Shown here in pieces: positions 38,101 through 49,486 of a stretch of DNA of 64,000 bases. The number at the start of each line of letters is the position of its first letter. Within the stretch, counting starts at the first letter, position 1. The stretch comes from Phyllosticta citribraziliensis (taxonomy: Eukaryota), in contig NW_027117340.1 in the NCBI RefSeq assembly GCF_038025025.1, positions 868,001-932,000 on the forward strand, read 5' to 3'. A program made the position numbers and the translations under genes. The notes below the pieces were generated by a model that saw only the letters and a program-made list of their open reading frames with translations, was not told the DNA's origin and made no database searches.

Positions 38101-39991
38101 TGACTTGCTGTCATTGAATGTTTGAGCAGGCTGCCTTCTTTGTCCCTTTCTGCGCGCGCCTCCTCGGGATGATTGAAACGGAAGATGTGAAAGTCTCCTA
38201 GGATGATACGGAAGCCGCTTCGAAGCCGTTTCGGCTCTTCAATGCGAATTCCGTTGACCATGACACCAGCATTAGGCCGTGGCACAACTGTGACGACGCC
38301 ATCTGTGTTTTCAAACGTGCAGTGGTCCTGGAGTATTTTGGAGCCATTCAGACGAATTTCAGCTGATGTCGTGAAGTCGACATTTCCAACATTGGTCGTG
38401 CCCGGTTTCAAATTGTATACCAAGCACTCTGCGAGGAGCGGATCGTCGCTCAAGTTCACCAAATGCGGCATCTTTTTGGGCGTGTGGACACCAACAAAGT
38501 TTTTATCGATGCTGATTCCAAGTTCTTCCAGCTTAGCTTCGCGTTCCTTGTGAATCTCCTCCGTCTTCTGCAGCTTTTCTTCCCATGTCTGGTTCAAGTC
38601 CTCATAGAGCTTTTCGGACTGGCTGAGCTGTTCCACAATTTCTGCTTTCGAGACCTTCTTTATCGTGCCATCCGATGCAGTGATTGACACGATTTGCTTC
38701 TCCAAGGGGGTATCTGGCGCATACTGCTCGTCGAGAGGGACGCCCGGTCCTCCGCCTCCGCCGCCACCACCGCCGCCCCCGAGTTTTGAACGCAGCTGGG
38801 CGAGCTCTTCTTTGAGCTCGCGAATCATGCGAGCGTTTGGATCCTCGTTCACAACGGCGTGGTTCTTGATGCGCTTGGCGGAGTCAGCATATCGCAGCGT
38901 CGATAGGGTTTCCTCGAAGTTGATGTCGGCGGGAGAAATGGCGGCAATCATTGCCGTCATGCTGTTGCCGCCCAGGGAATCCTTGAGAAGCCAGGTTAAA
39001 ATGGAATCTCGATATGGGACCATCGAGGCACTTTTCTTTTTGCCGGAAGACAAGTCGGCGAGCGCCGCAATAACACGTCCCAAGGTGGACAAAGACCTGT
39101 TGATTTCGGCTCCTTCTTTCAATCGCGCACCAGTTGCCCCGGTCGAAGTCGCACGCTCAGACCCGGCAAGGTCGACCAAACTAATTTTGGCGACCTTTTC
39201 CGTGTCCATGCTGGTCTCCGTGTCGTGACGCTTTTGGGTCAAGGTAAGAGTAAAGACAGCATGTGAGCGGGACGAGGTCTCGTTCATGTTTGTCGCCGCG
39301 ACGGTTCTTGCCTTGTTGCCCTCGTCCATGAGATTTTCAATCTCTTGAAAAGAACGCACGACGAGCTTGGCCAAGTCTTCGACATATGGTCCGGTGGACG
39401 GATGCTCGCGGACTTTGAGGTTGCCCTTGGTTGCCGGGTTGAGCAGATCGCGGACGCGCTCGTTGTAGATTTCCAGATACGACACCTCGACAGTGCATCC
39501 CATGTTGGGATCTTTTTGCAAATCACCAATGCGTTCGAACATGCCCTGGCAAATCTTGGGAATGACGCCGTGGTCCTCGCCGTAGCCCATCATGGAATAA
39601 GATTTACCGGATCCGGTCTGGCCATAGGCGAAAATACAGTTGTTAAATCCCTTGAAAGCATTATCCAGCAGCGGCACGCCGAGGTCTCTGAACAAATGTT
39701 CCTGGCCCGCGTAATTTGGGTCATCGCGATTGAAAGACCAGTAGGACTTGTCAAAGTTGAACGACTTGGGCCCCTCGAGGGCGGCTTTGCCAGCCTTTGC
39801 TTTCGGATCGAGGTTCTTCGGCGGCGTCAGGTGCGTCTGGGTCTCTTTCATGCGCACGATACATTGTGCACGGCGGTCCTTTTCTGTCGAGCAGTGAGCG
39901 AGAGCATGCAGAGAGGCTGGGGCGGCGAACCTCTGCTGTTGAAGGGCCGGACGCGCACCACGACCTTGATGTTCCCTCCGCCAGAGGCCAT
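35106..39991 (-). CDS. uncA: Kinesin-3 (Unc104/KIF1-type, UncA/Nkin2) motor with FHA and C-terminal PH domain; intron 39884-39930
   Basis: NIKVVVRVRPFN start, FAYGQTGSGKSYSM, NETSSRSHAVF, LVDLAGSERA, PHLVNLSDDPLLAECL (FHA region) and PH-like WVRRFVELRRPYLHLYS. Confidence 0.96.
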
Positions 39992-40329
39992 GGTGAGGTT
40001 TTGGTGGCCAAAGGGCCGGCGCGACGCGTAGGATCGAGGATCTAATGATGGTCGGCGTGCGTAGTACAAGGACGGGTGTCTAAGGCGGCTTCATAGTCTG
40101 CGGGAGAGAGGGATAGGTTGAGGTGTGTTGTTGACGGAGAATCGCCCACCTACCGTCATTCCAGCTGGCCCACGCGCTCATCCCGCCCTGGCGCGCGCCG
40201 CCCTGCGCCCCCTGCGCTTCCCGTCCGACTAAGGTAGGCATGAGCCAGCGGAAGAAAGGAACTCTTTCTCTCTCTTGCACCCTTATTTCCACATAATTGC
40301 GCCTCCCACTGCTACACCCACGCTCTTCG

Positions 40330-41994
40330 ATGCGAACCTTCGCCAGCACTGCCATCAAGCGCTTCATGTCCGAGCCCAATGTCGCCCATCTCTTTCGGCC
40401 GCCCGTCGACCGTGCCATGCGCACCCTCGACCGCGGCTTCTTCAAGAAAACCTTCCCCGTCTCCGCTGCCGCCGTCAAGCAGAAAAAGGACATTTCCGCC
40501 CTCCGCCAGATCCTGAACCAATCCAATGATGCTCTCAACCTACCTCGGCTGAGCCTCCTTCAAGAAGCTCCAAACATGCCCGACACAAAGTGCATCCTGC
40601 TGAGACCCGAAATCAAGCACGATTGTATAGACGCGCGCTCCCGCCAGATCCAACGCCCAGTTGCTAACGGAAGCAGGAAGACCCCTCTACTTGGAGCCCT
40701 ACGCTCACTGAACTTGCAAACCAATCCCGCGTCGAACTCATCCCGTACGACTTGACTCTGGACTACGACTACTGGAGCTACGGTACGCTCCCGCGCGCTG
40801 CCTACCCGACTCACACAATAGACTAACTGGCAGTAGATCAGATTATGAGTGCCATCGTGCCAGAGGACAACCAAGAGATATACTTTCCCAAGCGATTCAC
40901 CGAAGTCGGTCATGTTGGTGAGTTGGCAAACTCTGGATCCTGAGTCATACTCTGACGAGCTGCGACAGTGCATCTGAACCTGGGACCTGAACACGAACCG
41001 TACAAAAACATCTTTAGCCAAGTGCTGATAGACAAGAGCAGCCGCAACATCAAGACTGTCATAAACAAGCTTAACAATGTCGGCGATGAGAATGCGTATC
41101 GAACCTTTAAGTACGAGGTCCTTGCCGGCCCAGATGACCTCATGGTTGAGCACCACGAGGAAAAATGTCTTTTCAGGTTTGACTTTAGCAAGGTCTACTG
41201 GAACAGTCGCCTACAAGAAGAGCATCGGAGGATTGTCGAGAAGTTTGTACCAGGAGAGGTCGTCGTCGATGTCATGGCGGGCGTTGGACCTTTTGCGATA
41301 CCAGCAGGCAAGAAGCGCGTCTTTGTCCTGGCCAACGACTTGAATCCAGAGTCCTATGCGTACATGGAGGGAAACATCACGGCGAACAGGGTGAGTAATC
41401 CGCGCAGTAATGCGGACCAGCTTACTAAGAAGCATCTAGGTGGACAAATTCGTCCAGCCGCACAACGAGGACGGACATGCCTTCATACGCAATGCGACGG
41501 CGAATCTATTCAAGCAATCAGTCCAGGCTGGTATCCATGATTCGATCCCCAAATCGGCCAAGCCACCCCAGAGGCAGTCAGGATCGCCCAAGCCAAAGAA
41601 GTTCTCAATCATGAATCGGCCACAGGTGCCTTCACACTTTGTGATGAACCTTCCTGCATCGGCAATTGACTTTCTTCCTTCATTTATCGGGCTTTATACT
41701 CGCTCACCGGTACGGGAAGCTTTGGGCGGAACCGACCCGAGGACTCTTTTCGCCCCACACACTGCCGACAAGTTGCCAATGATACATGTCCACTGCTTCT
41801 GCCCGAAGTTTCCGACGGCGGCGGAATCAGAGGAGGAGATTCTGCAACGAATTTCAGAGAAGCTTGAATTCACGATTGACAGGAACATGATGAAGGAGCT
41901 CGACGGCGAGGTTCACGATGTAAGAGACATTGCTCCTGGAAAGGAGATGTTTTGCGTAAGCTTCCGTCTGCCAGCGGAAGTTGCATTCCGTTAG
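40330..41994 (+). CDS. TRM5: tRNA (guanine37-N1)-methyltransferase Trm5, multi-exon
   Basis: [38 protein letters not shown] motif [50 protein letters not shown]. Second in-frame ATG at 40366. Confidence 0.93.
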
Positions 41995-42401
41995 GATGAA
42001 GATGTCGACCAAGTCGACGATGCGTTGGAATAGGAAAAGCAAGATCGTGACCAATTGGGGTCTTTGGCGGACTTGGGCCATTTGTGCTGCTCGAATGGCT
42101 ACGCGCTTCATTCTGATACCCACAAAAGTTTTGGCAATCAATGGGCACGGCTCTACTTGGAGACCTGTGAAGGATATTGGAAAGGCCTCACAGTGTCTTG
42201 ACAGCATTAGCTCAGATGAGAAGAAGTGCAACTTGAAGTGATGGTATCCCTCATTCAGCAACAGCACGTGATGGCGCCGAGCCCGTTGCCGGCGCTTCGG
42301 TCCTCCAAAAGCTGCCCCACTACCCCACCATGACTTCGCCGCTCACCGTCGCCCCTCCTCATTCCACAACCTTTCGAGCACCAGCAAAACAGTCCAAAAC
42401 A

Positions 42402-43216
42402 ATGGCCGAGACTGAGGCACCACAGCTGGCTGAGCCCAAGCACGTCATTTACTGCGGAGGTGCGCCGCCCACTTCACCCAGACCCCCAAACGCTTTTTTG
42501 CACGACACGAGCGCTAACTTTGCCGAACAGTCTGCAGTCTACCGCCAGAAGTAGGTAGGAGGCACAGACGAGGACAGATGCCCAAGAGCACAACCAGTTG
42601 ACCAAGTGGCGTTGGCAGTACTGTGAATTCGGCGGCACGACCAAGAAGTGCGAAGAATGGCTGCAAGCGCACCACCCGGACATGCACTCGCGCCTCTACT
42701 CGGCTGGTATGACGACAGACACCCACCCACCCACCCACCCACCACACGGCGCGATGCGCTCAAGACAGACACTCCCGCTAACACAGACGCGGCCACACCA
42801 CAGACGCCATCTCCGCGAACCTGTCCTCGCTGTCGCTCGAAGCGCAGCAGCGTGCCGAAAAGGACGCCAAGAAGAAGGCGGCCAAAGCGGAGTCGGCAGC
42901 AGCCAAGGCCGAAGAGCTGCGCGCAACGTCGCAGGTGATAATCAAGCGGATCGAGCGCAACAAGCGCAAGTACGTGACGGCCATCACGGGGCTCGAGTCG
43001 TTCGGGCTGGACCTCAAGAAGGTGTCCAAGGACCTCGGCAAGAAGTTCGCCACGGGCGCCAGCGTCACCAAGCTGCCCGCCGGCGGCGAGGAGATTACGC
43101 TTCAGGGCGACCTCAGCGATGATGTGTACGACTTCTTGATCGACAGGTACAAGGAGATTCCCGAGGATAACGTCGAGTGCATTGAGGACAAGAAGAAGAA
43201 GAAGACAGATGGTTGA
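42402..43216 (+). CDS. TMA22: Translation machinery-associated protein 22 (DENR, SUI1 domain), multi-exon
   Basis: VIYCG/VCSLPPE/YCEFGGT Zn knuckle across short introns, and IIKRIERNKRKYVTAITGLESFG...KKFATGASVTK...ITLQGD. Confidence 0.93.
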
Positions 43217-43820
43217 GGCGTTGTGGTTACGGAGGGAGGCTATTCCTCGGGGAAGAGGTGAATGACGACATGAAGCGACGACGTGCCATGAGGATGTTTT
43301 CAGGCATGGTTTGGACGAGGAGGAGGCAGTGGTCTGATCTACGGGCACGTCAATGGTGGAGGCAGACTGCCTGATAACCAGAGCGGAGTTACTTGGACGC
43401 CGCTGAACGCGCACACCCAGTGGCCGCGGTTGCGTCTACCTCCAGTCTCCGACAAGGACGCCAGTGGTTGTGGCAGCATTCAACGAGCACAAAAAGAGCA
43501 GTCGTGGCGATTCAAGGAATCTTTGGGCACTTTCAAAAATTCAAGTCTTGCTACGGGCACTGCGCAGATTCGTGGCGGCTTGTACCAGTCTATTAAATAC
43601 TTTGTCTCTTGATCTTCCAACCAAGCGGGTTCACGGAGAGCGCCCATTCGCTCAGAGTGAAAAATGAAGCTTGTAGGCACTTCACTTGGAGACGGACACT
43701 TCTGGGAAGTGAGAAGAGCAAAGCAGCGGCAGTGAAACTCAAGAAACAAAAATAAAGACGACTCTTAAAATCCATCCCAAGTGCATCCATTCTATTTCCA
43801 ACACGCGTAGGCAAGAAAAC

Positions 43821-45751
43821 TCACAACACCGCGCCCCTCTCCTCCAAAAACCGCGCCATCTGCGTGAGCCCATTCTGCACCGCAACACCCCTCGGCGACA
43901 CGCCATGGTTATCCCTCAAATCCCTTACGCCCTCAGCATCCCGCCTGAGCAGCAGCTCGACGAGCGGCATACAGTTGTTCGCGACGGCCCAAAAGAAGGC
44001 CGACTTGCCGAACTCGTCGCGCATGCGCACGTTGGCGCCGCGCTCGACGAGCAGGCGGGCAGACTCGACGCGGCGCACGAACGCCGCCTCGATGAGCGCC
44101 GTCTTCTGCTGCCAGCTGCGTTGGTTGATGTTGACGCGACCGCGGTCGAGCAGCAGCGCCATGACGGCGACATGGCCGGCGCTGGCGGCGCGGAGGAGGG
44201 GGTGGAACGCGCTGCCGCGGCCAGCGTTGGCGCGGGCATTCAGCAGTACTTCGACGGCTGCGACGTGCCCATGGCAGGCGGCCTCGCCGATGGCCGTGAA
44301 GTCGTTTTCTTGCGTGGCGTTGACGTCGGCGCCGTGCGCCAGCAGCAGCGAGATGACGCGCGTGTGGCCGCCCGTACCGGCTGCGATGAGCGGTGTCACG
44401 CCCTTGAGCGTGGCGGCGTTGACGGGAGCGCCGGCCTCGACGAGCGCCGCGCACGTCTCGACGTGTCCGCCGCCCGCCGCTTCGTGGAGCGGAGTGCGGT
44501 TGTGGGGGCCCAGCGCTTCGACGTTGGCGCCGCGCCCTAGCAGGCCGCGGACGACGTTTGTGGCGCCCAGGCGAGCAAACTCGCAGAGGGCGGTGCGGCC
44601 GTGGGTGTTGCGTGCTTCGGTCGTGGTGCCCCAGAGCAGCAGCCATTGGATTTCCGAGTTGGGTGATGCATAGAAGGACGGCGGTTGGCCGTCTTCGTCC
44701 TCCATGGACGCAGAGGCACCCGCCGCCAGCAGCGAGCGCACCAACGCTGTCGAGTTCGTCATGGTTGCATAGTGCAGCGGCGTCCGCAGGTGGTTGTCCT
44801 CTGCGTTGACGGTTGCGCCTTTCCTCATCAAGAAGTTTGTGAGCTTCGAGTCGCCCTGCCCGGCGGCTATGTGAAGCGGAGTCTGTCCTTCGGCGTCGCG
44901 GTAGCGCACCCATGAGGGATTCTCTTCAAGTAGACGACGCAGGAGGTCGATGTTGCCTTGCTCAAAGGCTTCAAACGTCTTGGGATAGTCTTGGAGAGAA
45001 GCTGTAAAGTAAAAAGTCAACTCAATGCGGCCCTTGTTCGTCGAAACCGAGACCTTACTAGAAGTGCGGACCCGACCGTCGAGTGTCTCTGGGGATGCAC
45101 TGGCCCCGCCATGCTGAGCCCCATGTGAGTTCCTGGAGACGAGGTCGTGGATGCGGTTGAGCTCTTGCGAGAGCAGGTCCATCTGTCGTTCAAAAGTTGA
45201 CACAGTAAGCATGTTCCCTCTGTCCTGTGCCACGATGCGGAGGATATCGGTCAACTGTTGATCGAACTTCTGGTCGAAAGCTCTAAGGGAAACAGTCAGC
45301 GCATTTCTCGTCCTCCAGCTTGAGCATACCTCATTTCAATGAGCAGCCGCGTGTTTATCCGCGCCTGATACGACTCCAGCCGCCTCACCGTGGCGTCCAA
45401 TTCGTCCCTCTCCCACACCAACCTCATCGCTTTAGGCACGTTTTTCAAAGTCGCTTTTTTCTCGCCCTGCAACCGATTCATCTTCCCCAGCAGCACTACT
45501 GCCTGCTTGTTGCAATCGTCACACAGAGTCTGCATATCCCTCTCCCTGGTTTTCCTCACTGCATCGTCCTCGATCGACTTGGACAGCTCTGCGTTGGACC
45601 TTTCCAGATCCCCAACAATGGACCTAAGCGACTCGAGCTCTATTGCCGCGCCATTTTGATACATTTCGCGGCTCTTGATCACGACTTTTACCGAGAAGTC
45701 GACGACTGTAAAGACGTTGCAGGCCAGGCCGAAGGCACTCGCTGGCTCCAT
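43821..45751 (-). CDS. Fungal NLR-type N-terminal (SesA/HeLo-like) domain fused to ~9-10 ankyrin repeats; introns 45283-45329 and probably 45002-45058
   Basis: MEPASAFGLACNVFTVVDFSVKV start typical of NACHT-protein N-termini. Repeated G.TPLH.AA ankyrin motifs. The GTATG...TAG intron joins the two ORFs in frame. No P-loop seen. Confidence 0.82.
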
Positions 45752-46785
45752 CGTGGCTGTTGTCAAGAGGCGGAGCCCTTTCTTTGCAAGAAGGACAAGA
45801 GCGTGGGCAGTCAGGCCGGATGATGCGCGCCGCGAGATTCAGTTGGAAATGATAGTCGAGCAAGGCCGCCTGTCATATAGGTCGAAGATGCCACATAGTA
45901 GAGAGGACAAGGGCTGTAGTCTTTGTAAGAGCGCTGAGTGTAGCGGAAGGCTGTAGGCAGGCAGACGGACGGATAAGATCACGTCGTGACGCAGCTTCTT
46001 CGCCAATGATTCCCCATCCAGCGTCCAGGGCCTGTCTGCACCCGCGAGCTATTTCGGCCCCCATGCTGACAGAACCGCCGGGGAAACCGCTCGGATTCTT
46101 CCTTGGGTATGGTGCTGATATAGTGCATGAGCCCTATAATTGATCACGTTTTGTGAGACGAAAAGGGCCTTATCCTAAAGAGCGTTCCCGAAAACCCGCA
46201 GCGTGAAGGAGAGAGGTAGGAGTCGGATTGAGCCAAGTGCAAGTCAACTACAGTGCTTTCTTGGCCAGCACCTTAGTAATCGACTTAAGCGAATCTGGTG
46301 CCCCAGCAACCAGGTTGCTGGATGAGGTATGCTTTTTGCCAAGCGTTTGATCTCGTAAACATGCATCGTCTTGGGGTGTCGGTTCTTCCTGATCTGATGT
46401 TCAGACTGGCAGAGGGAGTGAGTTGATCTTGGAATGATTATTTGAATTAGGGCAAAAGTTGCTGAATTGTGGTTTTAAGGATATTCAAACAGTAGACATG
46501 TTACAAGTCAGACAGGCGCGAGTCCTACAAGGCGTCAGCATTCAACCCAATGGAAAGTAAGAAACCCCGAGTATTAGAGCTCCAAGCAATAGCTTCAAGC
46601 AGCCAAGAAGAATGGCGGAGCCACCATAACGCCCCTTTCCATCAACTTTTCGTCCTTTGATTGGGTCGCCCGATCCGTGTCTTTGGGTATTTTAACCGTA
46701 GCCTCGTCCCAACGTCTGGCCATTTTCGAAGTGTATTCATAAGCGTGTCATAAGTCGTGAGTTCATTTGGAAGTAGAAGAGTCGT

Positions 46786-47909
46786 TCACTTTGCATGGTC
46801 AATCATCTGCTGGTAGACGTCGTCTGGCACCTTGGAGGCGTTGGCCACGACAAGGCTGATGATCTTTTTTGCCTGCAATGGGGGTAGGGAGCGCAGGATT
46901 TGATTTGGACTGACGTCAGGGGTTAGCAAACGAGTCTAGTGGCATGTCGATCCGGGAGGAGGAGGAGGCTACCTGGGGCTGGCCAGAATCTGGTCCCTGA
47001 TGATGACAAGCTGGGCAACGATGCAGAGAATGTTGAGGTGCGAGCCGTAGGCGAAGAGAAAGTCCCACAGCTGCAATACTTCTGGGAGGGGCGGGGTGCA
47101 GGCGGACATTGTCAAGAGGGAAGCAAAAGCGTAGATCTCGGCGTTGAGGCCTTTGGAGGACAGGTACATGGACAACTTTGGGTCGACAATGTTGAGAACC
47201 GTGTCGACGAGGGCGAGACCCTTGTGGACGCCTTCCATGGAGCCGCGCACGTAGCCGGGGCATTCGGCGGTGATGAACTTGTGGAATGCCACAAAGGCCT
47301 CGGCTTCGGAGTGAGCACAGTAGAGGAAGGGGGCAGCCAGGACGTTCATTCCTTGGACGTAGCCATCTTGCTCGGCCTCGGCGTGGTCGCCAGCCTGGGA
47401 CTGAGAGCCTTCGGTGGCAGTGGTGCCGGTGAGGGAGCTGCGGGAACGGAATGGCTGGTCGTCGGAGAGGGTCGGGGGGGATTGCCAGCCGTTGACGCGG
47501 GCCTCGTGAGCGTCGAGCAGTTTCCAAGCGACGGCGTTGAGCACGCGAATCAAACTGAATTCGCGGACTTGGTTGCGAAAGAGCGGGTCGGTGGCCAGTG
47601 TGCGAAAGGTGTCGTTTTTGATCTTTGTGTAGGCTGGGGAAGCGCCGTTGCGGACGAGGTCGAGGTACATTTCGGTGCGGACGGGCTCGGCGTTGAGCAA
47701 GATCAGCCAGATGTAGATGCGCAGCTCGGACTGTGAAGTGGTCAGTTGATTGTCGGAGCGGTGACCTGACGGGGCTGGCTGGATACCATGCCATCACGGG
47801 CGTTGGCTGGAATTCCGCAGTCGAGAATGTGGAAGCGCAGATCCTTGAGGCCCTGCTGGATATTGCCGTCTGGCGGGCCGTTGAGCAGAAACATGGCCAG
47901 GTTGGTCAT
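46786..47909 (-). CDS. bub2: Bub2/Cdc16 TBC-domain GAP (septation/mitotic exit network), 3 exons
   Basis: LRIYIWLILL, KIKNDTFRTLATDPLF, YVQGMNVLAAPFLY, EIYAFASLLTMSACTPPLPEVLQLWDFLFAYGSHLNILC and last exon PNQILRSLPPL. Start codon uncertain. Confidence 0.88.
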
Positions 47910-49486
47910 GATGACGGCGAGATGGCGGAGGGAGGGCGAGTCGTGTGGTGCCGTGGAGAGTGACGCGGTGGAATGGAGCGCGTTCGGTGTGTTTGGGCAG
48001 CGGCCACTGCGACCAGACCAGACCAGACTGCGGTGGACCTGCGGGCGGGAGCCGGGGGGGCGGGGAGCGGGACTGGAGCGTGGAGCTTCCTTGGAAGGAG
48101 GGAGAGCTGCGCTAGCTGTGAGGTAGCCTTGGCACCAGGGCGGCGGGCGGCGGGCGGCAGCTGAGGGCGGATGCGAGTGTGGGTGCACGGCAACAACCCG
48201 ACCTCACCTCGGTCGGCCTCGCCTCGCACGCCCTTCGCATTCAGGCCCCGACTCCGTCTTTGGTCGCATCGAAATTTCTTCGCCAAGGGCTTGTAGGTAA
48301 GAGAATGGACGGGCGGCCCTGATGCGAAGCGAAAGAGCCCGGCGTGGCGCGGCGCGGCGTGGAGAGAGACGACATTTTTTTGCCTCTGCTCTCCGACGAA
48401 GCGAAGGCCAAGGGCCCGGGCGGACACGCGTTTAGGGGCGACGGGCAACGTCATTCTAATGTCCAACCTAAGCTAAGTCAACACCCACCGCATGTACAGA
48501 TGGGCGTGCATTGGTCGCCTGCGTGGGGACGTGTAGCGGCGACACGGAGGCTGCAATGCGACCGCTAGCGGGCAGCAACAACCTAACGACCATCCTATTG
48601 TCGTCGACGGAACAAAGCATCGGAGGGAGAAGATGAAGAAGCAGCAGAAAAAAGGCTTTTTCTTGCAACATACAGCCACAATCGTCGCCTTCGCGGCCAA
48701 GAGCATCGAGCTGAGGACGAGGGCGCACGCGGCGTGCGGGTCCGCCGTGTCTGCCAAAAGGCGACATCACTGTCGCCGAGCACGCAACTAGCACGCCGCG
48801 TCATTGGACCGTCCCCCGTCTGCCCAACACCACGGCTCCATCGTCAACCCTGCAAATGGTCCATCCAACGTCAACCTGTCCCGTGCACTTGCGCATCCTT
48901 CTCTCTAGTCTCGACATGCGCAGAGCCGCGGCCACGCTCTCTCCACCAAAACACTCCCAGCTTAATTGGACCCTCTCCACCATGGCCCTTTTAGTCAGCC
49001 CCGCTCTCTCTCATGAATGTCGCCGCAAACTTCACCTCGCTGCTCCCGACACCCACAGCTACTTATCTTTCCTTTCTTCTCCCTCGTGTCCAGTCACGCA
49101 ATACTGCTCACCTCTGGCACAACCTCGCCCAACCCTGCCGCAACCCTGCTTGATCCCAAGCATCCCGTTAAGCTTCTCGCCGACGCCTTGGTCCCAAGAC
49201 GGTGGCTGCGCATTGGCAAGGCTGGCACTACCACCCCTTCACCCTGCTCCAGATCCGGTAATCGTCTTTGGCTGGCCCAGATCCCTTGACTCCGAGCAAA
49301 AGACGCCTTGGATCGCCAAACTCCGCGGTGTGTGTGCTCGCGTCCGCCTGTAAATACGCCCGGCCTCCCGCTCAGGATCCATAGCGGCATCCCTGTTCCC
49401 TAAAAGGTATCCGTCACTTTGGTCCCGCCGTCGCACAGAAACCATCTCTTGTCCAAGCTTTGCGCTGTAGCACCAAGCTTCCGCTC

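Noticed and set aside
43864..44913. Long overlapping/antisense ORFs over the ankyrin gene (similar ones over ERV46, Ars2 and the sulfate permease)
   Set aside because: Expected shadows of high-GC3 coding sequence, with no independent domain signals.
48400..49486. MetR/CYS3 (ATGRYRYCAT) sites upstream of the sulfate permease
   Set aside because: Only partial half-sites (e.g. ACGTCAT, GCGTCAT) were seen, with no full palindrome.
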